64,000 nucleotides of DNA from Paragordius varius. Taxonomy: Eukaryota > Animalia > Nematomorpha. The notes under the pieces are model-generated. The model did no database searches, was not told where the DNA came from, and was given only the letters and a program-made list of their open reading frames with translations. A program made the translations under genes and the position numbers. Below are positions 19,453-30,872 of the stretch, one piece after another. Numbering within the stretch: position 1 is the stretch's first letter; the number at the start of each line of letters is the position of its first letter. The stretch is from assembly GCA_964247055.1 (NCBI GenBank), contig OZ176053.1:3100001-3164000 (forward strand), given 5' to 3'.

Positions 19453-21075
19453 ATGTTGGAATCGTATGCGCTTATAGCTATCGGTTCTTTGGCAATCCTA
19501 TTGGGTATTATAGGAAATAGTTTGGGTATATGGGCCAATGTAAATTCTCACTACTTTACATTAGAATCACCGAGTAGTACGACAAATAGCACGCAATTAA
19601 AATATACAAAAACAGTCAATAAAAGAACATACAGTAATGTGTTATTAACTGCAATTTTATCTGTGAATTTGGTCGCTTCTCTCCTTATCTTACCTGGGTT
19701 TGTGATTGATAAAGCATTGGATATGATTGTTTATCATAAAAAATTGATGTACAATAATGAAATTACACAAATATTGAACCGTTTGTATGGGATAAGGACA
19801 TATGAAAATGGCTCGATTCCAATCATGTATGGTAGAATGAGAGGTTTTGGGCTTGAAAGACCCCCGGCCATTACTAATAAAATTAACTTGGGAACCAGAG
19901 GTGGAGCTTCTCGAAACACGCGTGTAATACTTTTACCTTTACTTTTGCATTGCTTAGAAACTCCGCTGAATGATAGGATCAATTTTGTTGCTTGGGATTC
20001 GTTCATGCTTTATGTGTATGAAACTATCACGAACATTCTTTTAACTATGAGTTATTTACTAGCCATCCTATATATTTGTGATCAATGTATTGCAATAGCT
20101 TTTCCTTTCAAATACAAAAAGTTATGTTGTAAACGTAACTTTTACATAGCACTTGGCATATGTACCTGCATGAGCATTATATGGTGCGGAACTAATATTA
20201 CTTTCAAAACATTGAAAAAGATTACCATACAATTTAGTCCATATATTATGCAATCGCTATCCACGAAAAAGAAACTTGTATTGAAATGTGATAATTGGTT
20301 TTACAGATACAATTTAAGGCCATTAAATCTTAGCGATTCCAATTTTACGCTAAATTACACATATATTAGGAAAATATTTAAATTCCCAAGCAAAAATTTA
20401 ACTTTTATACCAATCTATTTGATTACAGCCACCTTATTTACTCGCATATTACCATTTTTTGTCGTTATAATTGTTAAATCATTAGCTATCCATAAATTAC
20501 GGAGTTTAGGTCGATTCAGTATTAAGAAAAGTGCCTACTTAACTTATAACATGGTGAAAGATGTTGAATTTGCCCTATTTGGAGCCACATATACAATGTC
20601 ATCTTTATCAATAAACCATGCAAGTTTAAGAGCGAAATCAATAACAAACCATGACTCAAAGAAAATTTTTGGTAAAAATAGAAGACAAATAGGCCTATTT
20701 AGTGTGTCATCCACTTCGCCCCGTACTCAAAAGAGTCTTAGCAATGCGCGTATACAACGAATTAACCGTGAAATAGAGAAAAATTATGTAACGCTCATCA
20801 TATTCCTTTTCCAATTTTTTGGTCTTTTGATGCCGATTGCCGTGTTTGAACTTTTATTGGTCCTGTTTTGGAAATATTCTGTGGGATCCAAGAAATCTTT
20901 CATGTCATCATACACCTATCTCTATTTGTTGGAATATTTATACCTTTTTTCTGTGTTTTATCTCAACCTTACTTTCAACCGAGTTTATCGAGAATATTTT
21001 TGTGCTTTGGTACGATCAAGATACAACAGCTGTAAAGCTTATATCTCGCGGACATTTCAGCAGTTTAAAACATAA
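19453..21075 (+). CDS. Intronless orphan class A (rhodopsin-like) 7TM receptor, 540 aa
   Basis: Single ORF; TM1 LGIIGNSL, TM2 LxxxxxxNL, TM3 ending DQCIAIAFPFKYKKLC (DRY-equivalent), long basic ICL3, hydrophobic TM6 with Pro (LMPIA) and TM7 followed by a helix-8-like NRVYREYF. Confidence 0.85.
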   Translation: MLESYALIAIGSLAILLGIIGNSLGIWANVNSHYFTLESPSSTTNSTQLKYTKTVNKRTYSNVLLTAILSVNLVASLLILPGFVIDKALDMIVYHKKLMYNNEITQILNRLYGIRTYENGSIPIMYGRMRGFGLERPPAITNKINLGTRGGASRNTRVILLPLLLHCLETPLNDRINFVAWDSFMLYVYETITNILLTMSYLLAILYICDQCIAIAFPFKYKKLCCKRNFYIALGICTCMSIIWCGTNITFKTLKKITIQFSPYIMQSLSTKKKLVLKCDNWFYRYNLRPLNLSDSNFTLNYTYIRKIFKFPSKNLTFIPIYLITATLFTRILPFFVVIIVKSLAIHKLRSLGRFSIKKSAYLTYNMVKDVEFALFGATYTMSSLSINHASLRAKSITNHDSKKIFGKNRRQIGLFSVSSTSPRTQKSLSNARIQRINREIEKNYVTLIIFLFQFFGLLMPIAVFELLLVLFWKYSVGSKKSFMSSYTYLYLLEYLYLFSVFYLNLTFNRVYREYFCALVRSRYNSCKAYISRTFQQFKT

Positions 21076-22005
21076 TTTCGTTATAACTATGATTTTAAAT
21101 GACATAATACATTGTATGTATAAATACATTTATATATTATTTAACAATAAACATACTCTTTCCCAATAAATACTATATTTTACCATTGTATTAAATGGTG
21201 AAACTCGTCAAATTTTTAGTTTTAGCCCGGCTAACCATTTGTTACAAATGATATGTGCAATGATGTAAAGCTTAATTTTCGGTACCATTGTATAATTTTT
21301 TTTAAAAACTGAAATGGTAAAAGAAGTTTGTAGTCCATGCATAAATTTTTGTAAATAGCGTTTTCTCATCAACAAATATGGCTAACGCCTATATATCAAA
21401 TGAGCCTTCTATGAAAATATATATAAAATAGATGAAAATATCTACTCTGCTAGTTTTCCTTAATCCCCCGGAAAACCATTTTGATATTTACAATGTTTTG
21501 ATCTGAAAATCTCATATTTCCAAATATCTCGATTCAGAAAAATGCTGGTTGAATTCAATTTTAGTAAATTATGATAGATAAATGTGGAACTCATACAATT
21601 TATATCGCCTTAAAAAATATTTAAAGCTAAATATTTCTCAGCGGAATTAGTATACAATATTTCAAAAACTCTCATAAAATTTCTATAAAATTCCGTAGAG
21701 AATTATCCACTTAAAACTTTTTATGCCAGATTAGGATAGAATAAGGATATTAAGACTTTCGATCACGGTTTTCGGGTATTTAATCTCTACATACAAAATA
21801 GATAGATTTATTGGAATAAGGCAGAGAAAGATTAATTATTTAATGTATTGTAAAAGTTAAACTATAACTTCAATATGCCAGACCTACAAATGCTTTTTTT
21901 AATAAGCTCAATTTTTTAAACGCGAAAAAGGATATCTATATAATAATATTAATATGATCATTAAATATATAAACAAAAATATTTTACCGCAGACAATGTG
22001 GATAA

Positions 22006-22966
22006 CAGGTGTAAAACTAATTCATTACAGATTTAGTTAATTGAAGACTTGAGTCAAAAGAAAGCAGACGATTAATTTGACCCTAAACCATTTTATTCAT
22101 CTAATATTAAACTGCAAAGAGCCTCTTTTTGAGTTCGCCAAAAGGTAGCGTAATATTTTTATGATGCAATGTCAAATTTTGTGTCTGAAAAAGAACATTT
22201 GTGGGACGCATTGCTTTTCTTATTTTATCAGAAAAAATGCTGTTTGAAGTAATCGTTTGCTGGCAAAACATATGGTGAACATACTCCATTGAATAAACGC
22301 ATGAAACATGGTTTCGAAAATAAGTGTGATTTGTAAATAATGCGGCTATGTTAAACTCCATAACTGCGACCATCAAGTGCAACAGTTCAGATCATGATTT
22401 AGTAAACAGCAATTGGCAGAAGCATTGCATGCATCACAAAACAGCAGAAGTCTACCAACAATGGGAAAGACCGGTGACGAAAAGTGGTTTTTTGTAAATC
22501 TACGGAAAATGTTGTTATCTTGCCCGCGATCCATCAGTACCAAGGCCAATGGCTAGAAAATTATGCTTTCTGTCTGGGTATAGGGATATTGTGTGAAACT
22601 TGTGACGCCTGGTGAAACCGTTTATACACAACTCTATCGCCAGAAAAATAATATTTAACCAAGCATTAATTTATAATGACCGGAATTGACCAGAAGACAC
22701 CTAAAAATCGTTTTGGTGACCTCTTTCGAAATCCACCCTACTATCCTGACCTGGCGCCATCTAATTATTACCTTTCGCATCATGGGACACACGCTCGCAT
22801 AGCACAATTTAAATAATTTCGATTAAGTTGGAACATGGCTTGGGGTTGCCGCAAAAGACAATCAGTTTTTCAAGCAGGGTATATATATACTAACTGGTGG
22901 GCGAGGTGTGTAAAAGTCTTGGACAATATTTTCATTGTTTGCTAACAATATTTATGATTACACCTG
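22006..22966 (+). mobile_element. Degenerate, internally deleted mariner element
   Basis: TIR CAGGTGTAA...TTACACCTG; transposase remnants TGDEKW, KIMLSVW, PGETV, NPPYYPDLAPSNY (cf. HPPYSPDLAPSDY). Confidence 0.85.
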
Positions 22967-24157
22967 AAAAATTTTACGTCAAAACCCTATTTTCTGATTT
23001 TATCTCTGCAAGGGTTGAAATCTAAAGCAGGTGCTTCGTAAATCAATTTTTGCTTAAAAAATTTTATGGGCTGCATTTTTAAAGAAAATCAAATACATGG
23101 GCAATAGACCGGACAGTAATAAGTACTTTGATTACCCTTTTGTCACGCAGTCCATTAATTAAATGGTAGCTTAAATAAAAAAAATTTCATTTGCTCATTA
23201 TATTTTTCAATTTTTTTAAATAGGGTTCAAATCGGACACTAAAGCTGCAAATTATAATTTAATAAAAAACTATTATCAAATATCTTTAGTATCAATGGCA
23301 TAATTATAGTTTAATATTTTTTCCATATACTTTGTGTGCAGTTTTCGCATTATACCAAACATTCGTACATACTAATACAAGTGAAAACGGCAAAAATATT
23401 TAAGACATCATTTAGGAAAAGATGAGAAAAAACAAAGATTAATGACAAAAAAATATGAAGAAGATATATGAGTATCAAAAAGATAAAAAAGGAGACAAAA
23501 AACTTTTTTTGCAAATACTAACACACACATATTATTTAATAAGCTTTATTTTATTTAATATAATTCAAAGTAAAATATTAAAAATATTGAATAATGTCTT
23601 TATCTGCTATTTCACAGTATCATATTTTGGCGCTCCGCATTTTTATATTCTATAGCTTGGATCTGAAAAAACTAAAAATGAAGTAATTAAACGGCTAAAT
23701 TTGCCCTATTTAAGGATATCAATCCTAGTTTCCATATTCATACATCGAGTTTTTATTTATTCAAAAAAATTACTAAAAAATGCATCTTATAAATCCAAGA
23801 ATTCCAAACAGCGAGACGCTAATGTTGATAATAATAATAACATCCCTTGCTACTTTACAAGGTATATTAGTGTTAATTTTTTTGCCAAAGCGACATTTTT
23901 TGTTTGACCGTGGCGAGATTTGATTCAGATTTTAAACATTAGTTTTTAATAAATCTTTAACACATATTTTATTAACATTATTAGCAAAGCTAAATTTTGT
24001 TAATTGACGTAGTTGACCACATAAGACTATTAAACAATATAATAATAATCATCTATATATTAGCATCTGCATATGAATCAAATGCGCAATATTTGCGGTA
24101 TATTTAAGCTCTTGAAATCAAAAATATTTTTTTAGCCCTTTAACCACTTATCCAGAT

Positions 24158-24414
24158 CAAAGGTGTCCAACATGCCCACCGAGATTTCCCGCAAAAAAAT
24201 GGACATGATTTTTAAAAATATGCTTATATATCTCAAAAAAATTCATTTTTTAAACAATAAATTATAAGGCTATTCATTAAGCAAGGAACTAGAAAAAATG
24301 TATTTTATAGTATTATGTTTTAAATCTAATAAAATATTATTAAATATCTCAAAGGCGTACCTCCGGAATTTTTGAGTATGCGGCCCGCGAAGCCATATTT
24401 GTTGGAGACCCCCG
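24158..24414. mobile_element. hAT-type MITE
   Basis: Ends CAAAGGTGTCCAAC ... TGCGGCCCGCG...GTTGGAGACCCCCG resemble CAGGGGTGTCCAAC-type hAT termini; no TSD seen. Confidence 0.55.
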
Positions 24415-24430
24415 TTTTAAAAAATATACA

Positions 24431-24625
24431 GTTTAGAGTCTCTTTTTTTTATTATTTATTAAAGGGTAATGTCTTAAATTGTATCCGGACTTGTGAAAGC
24501 TTTAACACTCGTTGTCCAGGACTGACAGTGATGATAAAAAAATTGCGTAGTTTTAGGGTTCAAACACTAGCGCACATCGTAAGAGTCCGGCGCCCTACCT
24601 ACTATACCATTACGCCTCTCCCCTG
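24431..24625 (-). mobile_element. tRNA-derived SINE (copies also at 44255-44412 and partially at 3817-3875)
   Basis: Head with A-box-like TGGTATAGTAGG and B-box-like GT(T/C)TGAACC/GTTCGAACC; shared body aactacgcaatt...catcactgtcag.cctgg...cgagtgttaaa and tail aaaaaa(gc)gagactctaaac. Confidence 0.7.
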
Positions 24626-26174
24626 TTCTAAACCATAATAAATTAGATTTCAGATTATCCCCTGTGTTTTTATTATTTGTATAAATCGATCTTATTAAGA
24701 AGAACTCACATAAATATTTACTATAATTAGTTTTATAAAGGTTGGATGATATAACCAACGTATTCTAAAAGCTATAGTCTTTGGGGGAAATTAAAACCTT
24801 TATTTGCCTTATATTGTCAAGTGGTGAGAAAATATTTAAGATCCATAGGAGTATATTACCAAGTAGTTTGAAATATTTTAGAACAATTTATTAAATAAAC
24901 ATTTATTTTATGCGTCATCTCGGTAACATCTTAAAGTTAGGTTTTAGTACAAACACTGATTTTTATTCACTTCACCCATTGTTGATTTATTTTTCTTCGA
25001 CCTAAAAAAAGTAAAAACATCTTTTTAATTTATTTCGCTGAAGTTGACGGTTTTAAAAAATTTAATAAACATATGCACAGTACTTAAAATCAAGGTGCAT
25101 AAAAAACATCCTGATAATAATATAGGATTCTAATGCTCTTGTTTCGAGACTATTCATTAGATATTTGCTCTTTTGAGGTAATTATGACATATCGAAACGC
25201 AAAACTAACCCACATTATAATAAATAATTTTTTAAAGCTAAATTTTTCTATTCCAAAAATTAACATTGATATATCATAAGATAATGTGAAAAGCAAAACA
25301 ATAATTAAAGATTTAATAAAATAACCAAATCTAAAATTGCAATGGTCGCAATGGAATTTGGATTGAATGAAAAAGGCCATACATCTCTTGATAAATATTC
25401 ATATTATAACTAAATTTTTGCCGAGTATTTTATGATGTAACATGGTGTTTTAAAACATTTAAGATATTTTAGAATACTTATTAGTTTAATTCGATGCTTA
25501 AATTTTATCGCCTTAAATTTTTTCAAAAACTTGTTTCCTTACAATATGTTAATTTTTAAATACCCCATATATATTGAACTTAGTTTGAAGACGAACGAAA
25601 CTTTCAATTAATATTCTAAGGTGAGAGAAAACTTTAGCAGCTTTGAAATATTAGAAAAAGTGTTTTTATACCGTTTCCATCATGCTTAATACCTATAAAA
25701 TCCGCTTCTACAAAATTTTGCTGAATTAAAAGTAGGAATTTTTGAAATAAAAATTATTTTTATGTAATAATCTAGCTTTTATAAAAATTGTTATCGCGCA
25801 ATCTCGGCGCTTTTGCGTTCTTTTTAGGCAAATATCCCATTTTAGGGCGGTCCAAAAATTTGAGACTTTCGGAGCCCACAAAATATTATTTTACTTCAAA
25901 CATTTTAATGAGATTATTTGGAATGAATTCACCCAAAAAAATATTTAAAATGCTAGCTAATTTTGCGAATTCGATGAATAGCATCATAGCAACATTGTGA
26001 AAATCTTTGATGACTCGTAAGGCGCAAATATTTTTTTAGAAAAATTTATCTTAAATATGTGTGATGCCGAAAATTTTATTTAGTTGCCACAAATGATAAT
26101 ATAAAACCAAACTTAAATGATTATGAACCCGCTAATAAAAAGTTTTTTATTAATTATTGCTTTATGATATCTAG

Positions 26175-27263
26175 CTCAAGAATATTGTTCCAGTTTCACA
26201 GATGTCAATAATAAATATGTTTCCGGTTTCGAGTGTCCAAGGACTCATGATCAAAAAGATGACATCTACTGTTGTGGGCTCTTCAACAATAAATTTTGTT
26301 GCAACAAACAAAAGAATTACAAAACGCAAGAGATAACGTATATTTTGTATATTTATAATAATTACTTTTATATGTTCAATTGCAATTATTTGTTTATTAA
26401 ATTTTTTAAATTATTCATTAAAATTTAAGTTTAAGGTTCAATATATTCATAAGTTGCTTTCAGAAATAATAAAAAAGAAATCGCGTTTTTTTGGTAATTT
26501 TATGCGGGCGTTATATAACAAATTTTAAAGACTTTAACTTCTTGCATATAATAAATTATGATACCAAACTTGAAATATTTAGCCACTTCTATAAATAATT
26601 ATTTAGCATGTGAGCGATTTGATTTTGCCAATTATGGAAAATTTGCCATAAATTTTTTTAACACGTAACTTTAAAAAATTCAATCAAATAATGCTTTATT
26701 AGTAAATTATTATAACCTAATTTTATCTCACATTGCAATTAAAATTTTCCAATATGATATACTTATCTAAAATGCAAAAAACTCTAGTGCTGTTTTAGTA
26801 TATTTTAAAATTTTCTATAAGTCGCGTCAGTCAATAAAATATGGCATGCTGAAATACATATTGTGCGTTTAAAATAATCTATTCCAATGAAATTTTACAA
26901 TAAAATTTGCTGTTTTGGTGTTATTTAAACATTACTAACACCATATTGGGGATATCAAAACTAATCAAAGGCAATTTTTTTCATTTGTCACAATCACAAA
27001 TACTACTAACTTTATACTAATACTAAAATAACGCAAATATTCTTAGATTTTTGCACACATGTAATAGATCACCAATACTTATATGGATTGTTACAGGGTT
27101 TGGCATTCTATTGATTCTAACCATTATGTTGACAATATGTCTTTTTTGCAGAAACTGTTTTATAGCTCAATTAATGGAGGCCAGGAAGAGTAGATCATCC
27201 AATGAGCCTGGAACTCGAGACCCTAATGATATGACCATCATTGATGGGGTTAACGCCACTTAA
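26175..27263 (+). CDS. Shisa-family single-pass membrane protein (5' exon unresolved)
   Basis: Exon 26175-26337: QEYCSSFTDVNNKYVSGFECP...YCCG....FCC (Shisa six-Cys pattern). Exon 27068-27263: TM followed by CLFCRNCFIA. Phase-2 junction is consistent. Confidence 0.8.
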
Positions 27264-28499
27264 ACACCATTTCAACATTCGTAAATGTGTAAAAAAATAT
27301 TCAAATCAACCATTTTTATCAAATTTTATTTTATTCACATTTAATTGTCCTATATATATATGTCATTCCATCTATTGTTGATGATGGTAAAGGCCAAAGA
27401 TATAATAATTAGGTTGAACAGCTCACTCCTATTTTTAGTTAGTTAGTTATTATATCCTTATAGTTATATAATAATAATATTTTCAAGCATTAATTAACCT
27501 TTTTCTTTCCTGATGACAATTATGACAAGCAAAAAATTTTTTGAATCAGATAAAAATATTTTTTTGAGTAGGAAAAAACCAAGTCTTCTTATGATAATTT
27601 TTGATGACAAAACCAAAACACACACCAGTATTTGTAAGGTTATGAATATGCATATTTCCAAAGTTGATTATATACGTCTTAATATTTTTAAAATATACAG
27701 TATTAAAGATTTGCATTTTTGCGATTAACTTATGTATATTACGGAAAATTTACTCTGAATATGAATATCAATATGGATCTTAGATATTAAATTCAATTAT
27801 TTTCTTGTGTGAATAAATGTTTTTATGCATACTGATTACAAAAAAATTAATTTAATGTAATAAATTTAATTTTATAGAATATAATTTGTTCCGCGTCATT
27901 GCAAAGTAATTTAAATGTTAATTTGAGTTTAATAATGTGTAAATATTATAAGTCTCACTCGTTATTAAAATCCCTAAAAGAAGTTATATATAAATATGCA
28001 TTTATTCAATAACTCTTTTCCTTTAATTGACTAATGTTCGAGATGTTTTGATTTCATAAAAACACAATCAGTCTTTCTAAATCAAAAAAGCGACTACTGG
28101 GAAAATGTAGTCCTACACAAATAAATTAATATAATTGAATAATTTATAATTTTATAAATAATGCAAAATTTGTATCAATATATTTTTTTAAATAATATCT
28201 AAATTTTTGTCGGAAAAGATGTTTACAATTTTGAACTGCTTATTGAAAAGGTCCCAGTTAAGGAATACTTTTCTGGCTGATACCACCCAACAACAACCGT
28301 CAATCTAATACTAAAATGTTTTTAACGCTTGAATTATTATATTTTTTGGAAATAAGGATTGATAAAAGGTAAATGACGGATTGATAATGTTTTGTAATAA
28401 GTTAAATCCGTAAGCTAATGATAAACGAACATTATATAGAAAATTAAAAATTATATTTATAAAGCGAAATTATAAATGATATGGGAAACCCTTCGTCAA

Positions 28500-28820
28500 T
28501 AGTAATTGCAGACTAGCTTCGTGCTTGTTAGCACTCATCAGTACGACACATTTGTAAAATAAATCTGCAATATGTGGGAGGATAAAATAAGTTGCGTGTT
28601 TGTCATAACTTGTAACGTTTTAATTGTATGATAGCAAATTAAAGCGTTATTTATGAATATATTTTCCTTTTGCAAAGAAACAGCAATTTTGAAAACAAGA
28701 TAAGTATAAATTGAGATTGATGAGTTGTTAATTAGCGAAATTCCTCTAGTTTATAATTCAAATATAGAAAGACATAGATAAAGCGTATTAACATATCTTT
28801 GACATACAATAATTAATCAT
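28500..28820. mobile_element. Probable Penelope-like element remnant with degenerate type I hammerhead ribozyme (28506-28546, minus strand)
   Basis: Minus strand gta CTGATGA GTGC taacaa GCAC GAAG ctaGTC tgcaa; the nearby degenerate translation KYKLRLM...KDIDKAY..IF weakly resembles GIY-YIG C-termini. Confidence 0.55.
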
Positions 28821-30763
28821 TTGTTTCAACATCATTGTCGTACTTTTTTGTGAACAGAATTTAAAACATTTTTACACCAATAATATGTATGTATTAAGTT
28901 TTTGTCCATTTTTAAAGGAAAATGTTATTTAAATTTTTGATTAAAATTGCTTTCGTTTTAAATATTTTAATTAAGTCTTGATAATTTCAGCCATAACCTC
29001 CAAACTCGGCACACGTCTAATAGTCTCGTTTTCATTTTAACTTATAAATAGAGGATTGGCTCACGAATAAAAAATGGGTTCAATCGTCATATAACCGAAA
29101 TAACTTTAAGTAAAAACGTGCGGCTGATTTTAATAAAAAGGCATAAACGTAGAGAAGTATATCATATTTGAACATAAAAAATGGCCAAAGAATTTTAAAA
29201 AATATTAAATATGACTCATTTTTTTAAATTGAGATTTAGACAGTAACATAATTATAAATACCCTTTTCATTCAAATTTAACCCCTTTTCACCTAAAACTT
29301 TTCAACTATACTTGAAACTTTTCAAATGAAAGTCAATACTTTTTTATCCATACAACTTATTTTCAATCAAGCTTACTAATGTTAAAAAAATATTTAGCAT
29401 TGTAAATGCATAAATATTTTACTATTTTTAAGCAGTAATTATAAAATCATAATGTCTAATATTTAGTCCATGATATGCATATTATATGCTTGCAAGTTTA
29501 AAATCTAGCTTTTACTTTTTTAATAAAAATATATGGTTCATTCTCTGATATGGAGAATTGAGTGAAAGGCATTTATTTAAAATTTTTATCGCGCGCTGTC
29601 GGATTTTTTACATTATTCAAGGAGCCATATGAATAAATTATTCATTAAGATGAAACCCAACATTGTTTTCATTTTAAAATATAATTAAGCATATTTTAAC
29701 ACTTAATTTTTATTAGGAACATTAGGTTTCGAAAAATTTTTAATATCCTCAAGTTAATTTCGATTTTGGTTTATGGAAAAATTGTGTATAATTTTTTGTA
29801 TTTAAAGATCATATCTGCGGATAAATTTTTAAACCCATTTTAATATTTTGAAGCTTAATGCGACTCCATGCCTTTTTTATAAAATACGCTTTGAAATTTA
29901 GCTAATTAATTTTTTAAGCAAAATATTCATTTTTCGGGAAAAATTTTTTTATGTTAAAATTTAGCATATAATCATGCAATCTCGACATTCCTTTATTTTA
30001 AGGGAACTAGCCCATTTCAGAAGGTTTAACAATTGGGGTTTTTGGTGCCGACCTTTAAAAATTAAAATTTTATAAAAGTATTTTTTGTTTTTTATATGAT
30101 TTTATCATATTTTATAGTGATATCTTTTGAAGAAGCATTTAATTTTCACCAAAAAAGATATATTTAAAAAATATGCGCAAATTTTGCCATTTCATTATTT
30201 AAGCAGTTATCACAATAATTTAAACTTTCTTAAACTCGAGAAAGGATTAATTTTTAATAATGACAAGATCATAAAAAGGTTTTTGACCGATTGGCTTAAA
30301 CATAAGTCATATTTTGAGGCTAAAACTGAAAACCGAATTTATAATTTAAAAAGCTAAAACAATAATTAAATTTATATATTATATATATTTATATATATAT
30401 ATAAAGTAAATTAAGCGATTACATTTTACCATAGTTATTATCGAACTGCATCGAAAGTCCTGTTTTTATATTAAAATATTTTTGGCCCTTTAAAAAATCT
30501 CAAGGATTAGCAATCTTTTCTATTAATAATAAAACGTCAATATATAAGAAAGTTCGGAAGGACTTTTTTGTTTATTAATTCAAGTTTGCCTTTGGCACAA
30601 TATTTTGTCGCGTTAAATTTTTAACTAAATATTATATATATATTAGGATTCTATCACACCATTGAGACCTACACCTAAGCTAGTTTCCCTTTCTTGATAT
30701 ATCTTTGTATAGGCTGTTTTTGTTTATAAAATCATAATATAATAAATTTAATTTAATAAATAA

Positions 30764-30767
<4 letters not shown>

Positions 30768-30805
<38 letters not shown>
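30768..30805. repeat. (TA)n microsatellite
   Basis: Direct reading. Confidence 0.95.
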
Positions 30806-30814
<9 letters not shown>

Positions 30815-30872
30815 TTTTTGATTCGACTTTTATATCGTTATCACAGTTTAAATAATTATAAAGGTTACATAA

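Noticed and set aside
24540-24625. tRNA gene
   Set aside because: A and B boxes are present but there is no foldable cloverleaf or acceptor stem; diverged copies share a non-tRNA tail, which fits a SINE.
26165-26167. Stop-codon reassignment or selenocysteine
   Set aside because: TAA, TAG and TGA each end genes at homologous C-termini (katanin TAA, CLPTM1L TAG, DNAJB6 TGA); no other in-frame stops in conserved exons; no SECIS seen.
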